This document shows, piece after piece, positions 1 to 10,900 of a DNA stretch of 64,000 nt. Position 1 is the stretch's first letter, and every line of letters begins with the position of its first letter. The DNA is from Haplodiscus bocki. Lineage: Eukaryota. The notes under the pieces are model-generated. The model worked only from the letters and a program-made list of their open reading frames with translations, was not told where the DNA came from and ran no database searches. The stretch lies in assembly GCA_965655095.1 (NCBI GenBank), contig OZ296648.1:178994001-179058000 (forward strand). The letters are read 5' to 3'. The translations under genes were made by a program, and so were the position numbers.

Positions 1-830
1 GCAGGACTCGAACTGCGAACTCAAGTCTTTACAAGCTCAACTTCTGTGCATTCCCTACTAAACATGAAATGGTCAATGACTCTGGCGGGGCAGGCAAAAA
101 CTCAAAGCCCCACCTTTAAAAACAAAAGTACAAAAATGAAAGATCCTCTGAAAACATGGGTCTCACCTAGTAACCGTTTGAAGATTTCAGACCAAAAAAA
201 TCCAACATTTCACTCTTGGAATTGCAGAACAAAACAAAGGAACCACAAGAAAAAGCGACAACTGAACATGAACTTAGTAACCAGGAAGAAATAAACTGAA
301 GAAAAATTGAAAAAAGCAATCAGATTACAAATATTGGAATTTCTCAGGACTAGAACTAAGAAGTCAAGTCCTGACATGTTCAACATTTGCGTAATCTCTG
401 CTGGTCATGACATTGTCACTGGCAGAGCTACCACATGCAGGCGCAAATCCAAAGCCTCATCACTACAAAAAAGTACAAAAAAAGTAATGCACTTCCAAAA
501 ACATGGGTTCCAGTGAAAAACCGTTTGAAAATTTCAGAAGAAAAAAATAACAGAAACATCATTTTCGACCTGTATGAAACAATCTAAAAGAACACAAGGG
601 CCCTAAAGGCAACAGTTCAACATGGACTTTGCAACCAGAAAAAAATAAATCTAAGAAATTTTGAAAGATGTATTCAGGTTAAAACTGTCAAAACTTCTAC
701 AAGACTCCAACTAGTCAAGTCTTAATATGTTCAGCTTTTTTGTAATCTTGCTTGGCCAAGGCATGTTAAACTACCAGTATCAACACATTCAGGCCCAGAC
801 TTCAAACCCCCGCGTTTTTACCACACTTTC
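1..830. repeat. ~345-355-bp diverged tandem repeat (about 2.4 units) inside the left element
   Basis: The anchor GACT(C/A)(G/C)AACT...TCAAGTC recurs at 4, 347 and 702. AAAACATGGG recurs at ~151 and ~498. Confidence 0.75.
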
Positions 831-937
831 GAGAAAATATGCCCTGAAAGCATTGCAATCCTTTGTCAAAAAATATTGAATGACCATGATTCTCTCATTT
901 TTCTTGAAATGAGAGTTTTAGATGTTTTTTTACACAA

Positions 938-1086
938 TTTTTTTCGGGTATAACGGCGTTAACGGCGTTCAGCCGGAACGCTAAAGGCGTTAACAGCGGT
1001 CCTTTTTGGTATAAAGACGTTAACGGCGTTTTGCTAGAAAGTTAGCGACGTTAGTCGTGTTTACACCCGCCATTATACCGGAAAAA
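938..1086. repeat. GC-rich (AACGGCGTT)n block bracketed by TTTTTC(C/G)GGTATA...TATACCGGAAAAA inverted ends
   Basis: Read directly from the sequence. Homologous blocks lie at 1729-1872 and 3934-4318. Confidence 0.75.
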
Positions 1087-1728
1087 TAGCGGCGTTTCCC
1101 AGAAAAAGGTCGCCCCGGGAGGCTCGCTTCAAACTAAATATTGCTTTTTTTTCAATTCGTTTGCATTTAAGGGTAACAATTTTGATTTTTTTCATCAGGC
1201 ACTTTAAACGTCTTGGGAAGATTTCATTTTTACGGCATGGGAAGAAATTGCAATATGGAGTGAAAAAATGTGAAACCAGCTTGTGGAACACTGTTGATTT
1301 GGCGAGAAAAACCAAACGTTTTAAAATGATTTTAGTCACCTATAAGTTGATTCACCTCAATCTTTTCGCAATGAGTCTGTTTTGAAAACAGTTTACCTTT
1401 GCGACAAGCTTATAGCCTTATCAATTTCAACGAGTTGCATGCAAAATTATTTCGGCTTTTCTCTGTCAAGATACGTAATGCATCACCAGGGTTTTTCGTG
1501 GCAAGCTAACGCTGATCCAGATGTTTCTTCTCATTTTTGCCAGCCAAAGGTGAAGGGGAGTTTCCTAGAAAGATAGTAGAGTTTGCGGCGTAAAAGTTGG
1601 CGTTCTCGGAAAAAACTTCAGAATTCGACCCGGGAACTACTGTAGAAGAAGAGACATTGGAGTTTGGTTTTCTTGGAGTCATTTTGTTGAGTCACGCTCG
1701 GGTCGAACCTTTTTGGGAAAACGCAGCA

Positions 1729-1872
1729 TTTTTCCGGTATAGTGGCGTAAACGCCGCTAACGCCGTTAACTTACTAGCAAAACGCCATTAACGCCTTCAA
1801 ACCGACAAGAAATTCCATTAACGCTTTTAGCGTTCCCGTTGAACGCCGTTAACGCTGTTATACCAAAAAAAA
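1729..1872. repeat. GC-rich AACGCCGTTAACGC block with TTTTTCCGGTATA...TATACCAAAAA ends
   Basis: Read directly from the sequence. It is the inverted homologue of 938-1086. Confidence 0.75.
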
Positions 1873-1989
1873 CGTGTGTCTACAAATAATCTGAATTTCT
1901 CACTCCATGAAGAATGAAACTTTTGTCAATCAATTTTTTTGACAAAGGGTTACGAGGCTTTTAGAGCATATTTCCTCGAAGGTGTGGGA

Positions 1990-3800
1990 GAACTGCAGGA
2001 GACTGGAATCCGGGCCTGAACGTGGTGGCATTGTTAATATCATTGAACATGCCACGGCCAAACAAATGTACAAAAGTTGATCATTTTACGACTAGACTTG
2101 TTGGAGTCTTGGAGAAGTTTTGACAGTTTTAACCTAAAGGCCTGGCTCAAAATAATTTTATTTTATTTCTTCCTGGTTACAAGGTCCATCTTCAGTTCTT
2201 CAGTTGCGGCCTTTGGGCTTTTGCGGTTCCTTTGTTTTGTTCTCTAATGACAAACGTGACAGTTTTGAGTTTTTGGTCCGAAATATTCAATCGGTTATTA
2301 GGTGAAGCCCATGTTTTTGGAAGGACCTTCATTTTTTGAACTTTTCGTTGTAATGGTGGAGCTCTGAATTTGCTCCGACACGTGGTACACCTGTCAGTGT
2401 CATTGACCATGTCACGACCAGCTGAGACTACGTAAAAATTGAGCATGTCAAGACTTGACTTTCTAATTCTGGTTTTGCAAAGTTCCAACGGTTTTGATCT
2501 GATTTCCTTTCTCTTTTTTTTTTCAAGTTTTGTTTGGTTTAATTCTTACTGTTTACAAGGGCCATGTTCAACTAATGTTTTAAGGGTCCTTGTGTTCCAC
2601 TGAGTCTTTTTGAAAGGTCGAGAAAAATGTTTCTGTTCTTTTTATCGTCCTAAATCGTCAAACTGTTTTCCACTTAAAACCCATGTTTTCGAAAAGTCCT
2701 TCAACTTTTAAACATTTGTTTGTAATAACGGGGCTTTGAATTTGTGCTTCCACGTGGTAGCCCTGCCACCGTCAGTAATTATGTCATGACCAGCCAAGAT
2801 TACATAAAAGTTGAACATGTCAGGACTTGACCTCTTACTTTTAGTTTTGCAAAGTTCCAACAGTTCCGATAGGAATGCTTTTTTTTCAAGTTTTGTTTAA
2901 TTTAATTCTTACTTGTTACAAAGGACATGTTAATTTGTTGCTTTCAGCAGCCATGCATTCAACTGTTTTTCTCTGCAAGGTCGCGATTTTTTTTTCTGAT
3001 AATTTTTTGGTCTGAAGCTTCAACGGTTTCCCGGTTAAATCCATGTTTTCAAAAGGTCTTCTTTTTTGCACTTTTACTGTTATGATGATACCTTAGTTTG
3101 TGCCTGCGCACTAACCATGTCACAACCAGCTGAAATTGTTTGAAAGCAGGACCTGCAGAGATTTGACCTACTAGGTTGAGTTTTCAAAAGGTGCTACAGC
3201 CTCGTTTCTTACATTTTTTTCCGTCCGCTTCCAGTTTTTATCATTTGGAAACGAAGTCAGTTCTGCTGATGGTTTGTGGGCCCCAAGGTTCAACAAATTT
3301 GTTTGCTATTGCCAAATTGGTAGGTTTTGCGAGTTAGTCTGTGAGCATTTGTTTTTTCTTTGTCAGCAAGAATCCTGCTTTTCATTATTTTTCATTGGCA
3401 TTGAAAACATTTTCGCAACTAAACGTATAACCTCTGCCAGTTTTAGTGATATCAAAAGCATGAATACTATTGCAGACACTCCGTGGTTCTTCCCCAAATG
3501 TCTTTTGGGATTCATTTGTCCAGATTACAGATTGTTTTGTCTAGGCTAGAAGTGTATTTATTTCTTTTCGTCTGAAATCTTCAAACGGTTTTTCCGTGGC
3601 ACTCCTTTTCGGAAGGTCCTTCATTTTTTGTACTTCTGTTTGTAATCATGGGGCTTTGAGTTCGTGTCTGCAAGTATTAGCTCTGCCAGCGTCAGTGACC
3701 CTGGCGCGACCAGTAAAACTTCATAAAAGTTGAACATTAACGGACTGGATTTGCGAGTTCGAACTTTTCGACAGTTATAAGTCCAGCAATTTTTTCCGCT
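1990..3800. repeat. ~340-370-bp diverged tandem repeat (4-5 units, interrupted at ~3250-3560)
   Basis: A GTTGAACATGTCAGGACTTGAC-like anchor occurs at ~2077, ~2440, ~2810, ~3147 and ~3728. CCATGTTTT occurs at ~2309, ~2681 and ~3041. Confidence 0.75.
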
Positions 3801-4007
3801 TTACTTTTTACGATTTTGGTGCTATAGTTCTTAGTCTTTCCTTTTTAGACGCTGTTGTTCGCTGTGGCTGATTTCATTTGGGAAGATGAAGCTTCCAGAT
3901 GTTGCGAGTTTAATGACGGAGAAAACGGTCCCCTTTTTTTCCGATATACCAGCGTTGAATTTCGGCTGGTGTTTTACTGGTATAGCAGCGGAAACTACCG
4001 CCGCTAC

Positions 4008-4265
4008 TTTTCCGGTTAAACACCGCTAACGCCGCTGTTTTTCCGGTAAAACGCCGTTAACGCGCTATTTTTCGGTTCAACGCCGTTAACGCCGCTATTT
4101 TTCCGGTTAAACGCCCTTAAGGCCGCTATTTTTCCAGTTCAACGCCGTTAACACTGCTAGTTTTCCAGTTCAACGCCGTTAACGCCGCTATTTTTTCGGT
4201 CAAACGCCTTTAACGTCGCTATTTTCCGGTTCAACGCCGTTAACGCCGCTATTTTTCCGGTTAAT
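4008..4265 (+). repeat. 31-bp minisatellite, consensus TTTTTCCGGTTCAACGCCGTTAACGCCGCTA, about 8 copies
   Basis: Direct tandem copies of 29-31 bp with no spacers. Confidence 0.92.
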
Positions 4266-4364
4266 AACGTCTTCTGTGGCTAATTTTGACCGCCATTAAC
4301 GCCCTTATACCGGAAAAATGTTGGCCATTATTTCGACCCGGGCGGTGTAATATTTTGGACTTAC

Positions 4365-4567
4365 AGAATGAAAGTGACTGTTAAGGAAGTTCCGACCAGA
4401 AGGACAATGAAGCAACAATTGTCAGGGTTGTTTTGGATGTTTTTGCCTCCACACTCGTCAAAGAAGCAACGAAAACAACATACGCAGCAACACACTATGG
4501 GATACACTACCAGGAAAATGACACCCAGGATTCCAATCAGAAAGAACACAGTCATTGTTGCTCCAAA
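4365..4567 (-). CDS. prom: Coding exon (203 bp) of a prominin-like membrane protein: TM1, Cys-rich cytoplasmic loop and start of TM2
   Basis: The acceptor is ttttcatcttgttttgatctttttcatAG|TTT and the donor is CT|GTAAGT (4364-4359). It translates to FGATMTVFFLIGILGVIFLVVYPIVCCCVCCFRCFFDECGGKNIQNNPDNCCFIVLLVGTSLTVTFI(L). This matches the prominin pattern LGxxFxxxxPxV...C.RC...CGG...Q followed by a second hydrophobic helix. The family was assigned from recalled motif, not a database search. Confidence 0.72.
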
Positions 4568-4829
4568 CTATGAAAAAGATCAAAACAAGATGAAAATGTG
4601 GGTTTGTAGAGTATTTAAACACCAAATGTAATTCGTTTGATTGTTTTTCGAATCTTCTCATTCATTGGATAATAATGGATATAAAACAAACGGAAGTGGA
4701 CCAAAAAAATTGGATGTATGCCTCGCAGTTGCAGCATACTTTTTATACATTTATCGATCATGTCTTTTGAATTTATGTTGAAGAATTTTGAATGTTTACT
4801 TAAAAATCTCAATTTAAAAAATAACTCAC

Positions 4830-4869
4830 CTTGGCGAATTCTTTTCCCAACAAGCCAAAATCACGTTCG
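4830..4869 (-). CDS. Predicted 40-bp coding exon of the same gene (ERDFGLLGKEFAK)
   Basis: The acceptor is cttttgcatttcAG and the donor is AAG|GTGAGT (4829-4824). The exon is open and ends in phase 0, as the downstream exon requires. Confidence 0.6.
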
Positions 4870-4941
4870 CTGAAATGCAAAAGTCGGTGATGACATGAAC
4901 ACCAAATGAATCTGATAACTTCATGTGGGAAAAGCTCTTAC

Positions 4942-4970
4942 CGACAATTGCAGCCACTTTTATCTGACAT
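4942..4970 (-). CDS. Predicted first (or further internal) coding exon, MSDKSGCNC(R)
   Basis: ATG at 4970-4968 has A at -3, and the donor is CG|GTAAGA (4941). It ends in phase 2, matching the 40-bp exon across a 72-bp intron. A possible acceptor AG ~10 nt upstream of the ATG means it could be internal. Confidence 0.45.
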
Positions 4971-5224
4971 TATTGTAAAACTATTAGTTCATTATATTAA
5001 ACTATTATTTTCCGTTGTAATTTATATTGCGAGAAAGGAAAATCTTTCTCTATGTAAGTTGATTTTTTTATCCGGAAATTTTCAATTGGGATCGAACATC
5101 AATCATCACGTTTTTTTAAAAGCCAAAATGTTTTTCTCGATACTTAGAAGGCAATTTTGACAACCTTGCCGAATAATAATTGCTCAAAGTCCAAGAAAAA
5201 CTACGAATACATAGTTTTTTTTGT

Positions 5225-5240
5225 TATATATAATTTATAT

Positions 5241-5271
<31 letters not shown>

Positions 5272-5276
5272 TATAT
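5225..5276. repeat. (TA)n / (TATATC)n microsatellite
   Basis: TATATATAATTTATATATATCTATATCTATATCTATATATATATATATATAT, at the boundary between unique DNA and satellite. Confidence 0.95.
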
Positions 5277-5299
5277 CCTTTTTTCTCGCTCACTGTTTC

Positions 5300-7970
5300 T
5301 CTGGATGAGTAGAATGAGGTTCTGAAAACCCTGCTGAAAACTTTTTGCGCGAACAAATTGGTGGTTTATTTCCTAATGTCGGGGCCCAAGTTGCCTGAAT
5401 TTTGCACTGGCGTAACGATGTGCTCTTTTCTTTGACACATTTAAATTTAATTGCTGATCGACATTCTTTTGATATTCTTTCCTGCAAAAAAACCACAAAA
5501 TTAATCTGTTTTGTTTTGTCAACTTGAATCACACTTTTTGTCATAGTATAAGTCAGGTTTCATCTACATTTAGGGCTCCAAACTGCCTGAATTTTGCTTG
5601 AGCTGTACGAAGAGTCTCTTCTTTTGTATCACACAATAAGATTTTTTACAGTCTAGAGCTTTTTTGGCAGTTTGTTTTCTGATAAAATTTTGAAAACTGA
5701 GCCACTTTCGGCCAGTTTAACGGTAGTTGTCACAATCTAGGTTGTGTAATTTTGCATTTAGGCAATCAAAACAAAACTGAATTTTTCACAAACTGAACAA
5801 ATAGCCTCTCATCTATGACACACTAAGCTATAGCGGTTGTCTGGATGTTTTTCGATAGCTTCGTTTGCAATGAAAACTCGAAAACCATGCTTGTTTTGAC
5901 CAATTTGTTGAGACGTGCCTTAATATAGGCGGTTTATATCTGCATGAAGAGCTTCAAAATGTCTGTACTTTAAACGGGCTAGACAAAAGATTCTGTTCTT
6001 TCATAGAGTGAAGCTAGTTCAGTCTGACACTTCTTTGATAGCTTTGTTACCAATAGAATCTCAAAAACTGAGCAATTTTTTGGCCAAATGGACCGATGTT
6101 GCAATAGATTGGTAGTTTTTTTTCCATTTGTGGGGCCTCCAGTTGCCTAAGGTTTGATCGCGTTGAACGCTGAAAAACTGGTTTTGTTTTGTTTTATTAC
6201 AAAAAAAATTCTGCCTGCAGTCCAACAGCATTTCGATAGTCATGTTTATGTTTTCGACAGAAGTATAAAAAGAGAACTACGTTTGGTCACTCACACAGAA
6301 TTTGCCAACTTGGAAACCTTTTCCTCCCGAGTGTACGTCTCGCAACTGCCTGATTTTGTACAAGTTCAAGAGATAGACACTGTTTTATCACCCACTACTT
6401 TTTCGTTGCTGTCTCACACTTTTTAAAAGCTTTGTTTGTGATAGAAACTTGAAAACAAAACTAACTTTCAACAAACGGGGGAAATAGCTTTTTCTAGCAC
6501 CTTTTCTTTTGCATGTAGGTTTTTGATTTGTCTACATTTTGCACAAGTTTAACGATGAGTACTTCAATTCGTACACTACACATTGATTGTAGTCTGGCGT
6601 TTTCTGGCAATTTTTCCGCGAAAAGCTAGCTAGTTTTGTCAATTGGGCACGCAATTTGTCACTACATAAGTATTTATTTTCATTCAGGACTTAAACTTGC
6701 CTGAAGATTGCACAAGCTGAATGAAGAGAATCAGTTCTGTCGCAAACTTTTTTTTAGTTCAGTTCGACATATCATCCACGTTTCTGTTGGCGATACAATC
6801 TCGAAAATCGAGCCCTTTTTCCGGCCAATTTGACAACAGTTGTCATAATAAAAGTCATTTATGTCTGAATGCCGGGCTCTAAACTGCCCGATTTTTGTGA
6901 AGTTTGAAAGACCAGACTAGCTTTCATCACAAAATATTTTCTGATTGCAGTCCGACAGTTTATCGAGAGTCTTGTTTGCGACAGAATCTTGGAAGTTGAG
7001 CCACCAATGGCCAATTTGATCAAATTTGCAACACTAAGGTTCCTTTTCTGCCAGACGTAGGTCTCCGAAAAACCCAACTTTTGCCCAAGTTTAACAAACA
7101 GAAAAAGTGTGTATCACAATTTAGGTTTTAGGTCTGGTTTGATTGTTTTAGACAGTTTTGTTTGCGACAGATTCTTGAAAACGGAGCCATTTTTCTGACC
7201 GATTCGTCAAGATTGCCATCAGAGTAGTTAGGTTTTTCTACCATTTGTGGGAACGCAAGTTGTCTTTGTCTGACTTCTGCACAGTTTTATCGAAGGGCGA
7301 TTTTCACTCGCTCATTCAACTTTACTTTTTGTCTGACACTTTCTCCATAGGTTTGTTTCCGATGGAAACTTTAAAACCGAGAATTTTTTGGCCAATTTGA
7401 CCTAAGTTGCCATATAACAGTTTCTTTTTTCCCGCATATAAGGTTCCAGTCTGCCTGAATTTTGATTGAACTTCAATTTCAAAGCCTTTCAATCACACAC
7501 TCAACTTTATTGTTGTTATAACACTTTGGCAGTAGCTCTCCTTCCGATAAAAACCTGAAAAGGAAGAAAATTTTGACAAGTTTGACTGAAGTTGTCAATT
7601 TACAGGTCGTTCATTTCCTCAGAAAGCGCTCCAATTTGCCTTTTTTGCTAAAACTCAACAAAAAACAAAAAATTAATCAATTAAACACTATTTTTAGGTG
7701 CATTCAAACAATTTTCCGACTGTTTGGTCTGCAATAGAATCCTGAAAGACGAAGCACTTCCTTGCAAATTGATCGAAGTTTCCCAATTAAAGGTCGTTTT
7801 GTTCCCCGAGTAGTCAGTTACACTGCTTGAACTTTGCTTAAGCTGAACAATCAGACTGTTTTTAGGATCAGAGTAAAAATCGGTTGACTGTGACAGATTT
7901 CCTTTAATTGCCATAGGACGTCAGGAACCGGACCATTTCCGGTCATTTCCACAAAAATTACTTTTTTTAA
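5300..7970 (+). repeat. Diverged ~180-190-bp satellite monomers (left old layer, about 14 monomers)
   Basis: A TTGCGATAGAATCTTGAAAA-like anchor occurs at ~5680, 5866, 6048, 6254, 6437, 6616, 6789, 6977, 7163, 7357, 7542, 7729 and 7905. A GGGCTCCAAACTGCCTGAATTTTGC-like box occurs at ~5381 and ~5573. Confidence 0.85.
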
Positions 7971-10900
7971 GTACTCCTCTCACCAGTGTAGCACTCGCAA
8001 CTGCCTGACATTTGCACAAGGCTAAGGAACAGGCACTGTTCTATCAAGAACTTTTTTGTTGCTGTCCGACAATTTACAAAAACTTTGTTTGCGATGAGCT
8101 TGAAAACCAAGCTAAACCTGGCCCTGCTGACAAAAACTGGCATTTCATTGCTCCTTCCTCTTTGAACGTGGCGCTCTGATTTCTGCTTGAAGCTTGCAAA
8201 AGCAAAATGTTGAGCATTTAGTTTCCACACACTGAAGATTGATCGTGGTCCACGGTCTTTCTGGCAGTTTTTGTCTGCGAAAAAAATTAAACGGCTAGCT
8301 AATGTTGTCATTTTGATACATAAATTGTCATTTTTAATTTTTTCCATGCAGGCCGTAAACTTCTTTGAATTTTGCAAAAGTTGAACGTTGAGACTCAACT
8401 CTATCGCGAACTACTTTTTGGTTCAGTCCGACAACTCTTTAAAAAAGTTTTTGGCGATAGATTTATGAGAACTGAACCAAAAATGACCAACTTGATCAAA
8501 ATAGGCTTTTGAATTGTTGGTTTTTGCACATGTAGGGTGCCAGAATACCTGAAATTTGCACTAACACAACAAAACGACTTTGTTCTGAGCTATGATAAGT
8601 TTTTTTGCACGACAGTTTTTCTAAGAATTGTTTGCGACAAAATCTTGGAATTCGAGCCAGTTATGGTCAATTCGACCGAAGTTGCAACAGTTTATTTTTT
8701 TCGTTGCTGCAATAAAGGCTCCAAAAGGCCTAAGTTTACGCGGCTAAGCAGGCATAATGGGTCTGATTACAATTTCTTTTGGGGAAACTCCGACAGTTTT
8801 CTTTGCGACAATATCCTAAAAACTGAGCCCTTTTTTGGCCGAGTTGACCAAAGTTGCATCGAAATGGGTTCACTTTTTCCGCATATAGGGTTCCACACTG
8901 TTTGAATTTTTTATAGGCCTAATCTTCATAGCTTCTCTTTTGCACACTTAACTTCATTCTTGGTCCATCACCTTTGCGATAGCTCTTTTTCCGATAGAAC
9001 GCTGAAAAGCAAACAAATTGTGCCGGCTTTGATTGAAATTGTTAATTTAAAGTCGCTTACATCTTTATGCAGATCTCCAACTTGCTTGTTTGTTGCAGAG
9101 GATGAACGACAAAAAAAGAGACTATGTTCTATCGAACACTACCTTTAGGTGTATTCTAACAGTTTCCCGAGGGTTTGTTCTGCAATAAAGTCTGAAAATT
9201 GAAGCAGTTTTGGCCAAACTGTGCGAAGTTGCCTCATTAAAGGTCATTTTTGTCCACAAGTAGTCATTCAAACTGCTTGATTTCCACACAGGCTCAACGA
9301 TTAAACTATTTTTAAGATCAGAGCGAAACTTGGTTCCTTCTGACAGATTTCTCTTTTTTTTGCGATACGCTTCAGAAACCGGACTACTTTCGGTCACTTC
9401 CACAAAGAATGCCTTTTTGTAGATACTCCTCTCCCAAGTATAGCAGTCGCAACTGCCTGACATTTGCACAAGGCTAAAGAACAAGCACTGTTCTATCAAG
9501 AACTTTTTTGTTGCTGTCCCACAATGTACAAAAACTTTGTTTGCGATGAGCTTGAAAACCAAGCCAAACCTGGCCCTGCTGACAAAAACTGGCATTTCAT
9601 TGCTCCTTCCTTTTTGCACGTGGCGCTCTGATTTTTGCTTGAAGCTTGCAAAAGCAAAGTGTTGAGCTTTTGCTCTCCACACACTGAAGATTGATCGTGG
9701 TCCGGGGTCTTTCTGAAGTTTTTGTTTGCGAAAAAATTTAAACGGCTGGCTAATGTTGTCAATTTGATACATAAATTGTCATTTTGTATTTTTTCCATGC
9801 AGGCCGTAAACTTCTTTGAATTTTGCAAAAGTTGAACGTTGAGACTCAACTCTATCGCAAACTACTTTTTGGTTCAGGCCGACAACACTTCGATAAAATT
9901 TTTGGCGATAGATTTATGAGAACTGAACCAAAAATGACCAACTTGATCAAAATAGGCCTTTGAATTGATAGTTTTTGCACACGTAAGGTGCCATACTACC
10001 TGAAATTTGCACTAATCTAGCAAAACGACTTTGTTCTGAGCTAAGATAGGTTTATTTTTGGCACGACATTTTTTCTAACAATTGTTTGCGACAGAATCTT
10101 GGAATTCGAGCCAGTTATGGTCAATTCGACCGAAGTTGCAGCAGTTTGTTTTTTTTCGTTGCTGCAATAACTGCTCCAAAAGGCCTAAGTTTACGCGGCT
10201 AAGCAGTCACATCGAGTCTGATTACAATTTCTGTTTGCGGAACACCGACAGTTTTCTTTGCGATAATGTCCTAAAAACTGAGCCCTTTTTTGGCCGAGTT
10301 GACCAAAGTTGCCTCGAAATGGGTTCAATATTTCCGCATATAGGGTTCCACACTGTTTGATTTTTATATAGGCCTAATCTTCATAGCCTCTCTATTGCAC
10401 ACTTAACTTCATTCTTGGTCCAAAACCTTTGCGATAGCTCTTTTTCCGATAGAACCCTGAAAAGCAAACAATTTTTGACCGCTTTGACTGAAATTGTTAA
10501 TTTAAAGGTCGTTTACATCATTATGCAGATCTCCCACTTGCTTGTTTCTTGCAGAGGCTATACGACAAAAAAAAAGAGACTATGTTCTATCGAACACTAC
10601 CTTTAGGTGTATTCTAACAGTTTCCCGAGGGTTTGTTCTGCAATAAAGTCTGAAAGTTGAAGCAGTTTTGGCCAAACTGTGCGAAGTTGCCTCATTAAAG
10701 GTCGTTTTTGTCCACAAGTAGTCATTCAAACTGCTTGATTTCCACACAGGCTCAACGATCAAACTATTTTTAAGATCAGAGCGAAACTTGGTTCCTTCTG
10801 ACAGATTTCTCTTTTTTTTGCGATACGCTTCAGAAACCGGACTACTTTCGGTCACTTCCACAAAGAATGCCTTTTTGTAGATACTCCTCTCCCAAGTATA

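Larger units (their letters stand above)
1..1122 (-). mobile_element. Partial copy of a non-autonomous foldback/MITE-like element, inverted relative to the copy at 1693-4347 and running off the left edge of the window
   Basis: 940-1120 (TTTTCGGGTATAACGGCGTTAACGGCGTTCAGCCGGAACGCTAAAGGCG...TATACCGGAAAAATAGCGGCGTTTCCCAGAAAAAGGTCGCCCCGGG) is the reverse complement of 1697-1870. Colinear inverted similarity continues from ~930 back to 1 versus ~1880 onward. No transposase ORF is present. Confidence 0.6.
1693..4347 (+). mobile_element. Putative non-autonomous DNA transposon (~2.65 kb) with imperfect terminal inverted repeats, sub-terminal minisatellites and an internal ~360-bp tandem repeat
   Basis: The left end reads CACGCTCGGGTCGAA...CATTTTTCCGGTATA. 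The reverse complement of the right end reads CACCGCCCGGGTCGAA...CATTTTTCCGGTATA. A second inverted copy ends at ~1122. There is no coding capacity and no clear target-site duplication (flanks TGAGT / TAATA). Confidence 0.6.

Noticed and set aside
1396-1564. Possible next minus-strand exon in the spacer between the inverted elements (ctttctAG ... AAG|GTAAAC)
   Set aside because: All three frames contain stops and no translation resembles the prominin sequence after TM2. At most it is a decayed exon.
46-3549. Short ORFs (60-98 aa) in the left region as genes or a transposase
   Set aside because: They mostly translate the 350-bp repeat or spacer DNA, show no DDE or other recognisable motif, and are not kept in frame between copies.
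1990-3800. The ~360-bp repeat as a dimer or ancestor of the ~182-bp satellite monomer
   Set aside because: Only a short shared word (GG(A/G)GCT(C/T)TGA.TTTG) was seen, and the conserved monomer boxes and dyad are absent. A profile-HMM comparison would be needed.
4008-4265. 31-bp repeats as a CRISPR array
   Set aside because: The copies are directly adjacent with no unique spacers, no cas genes are present, and the context is a spliced eukaryotic locus.
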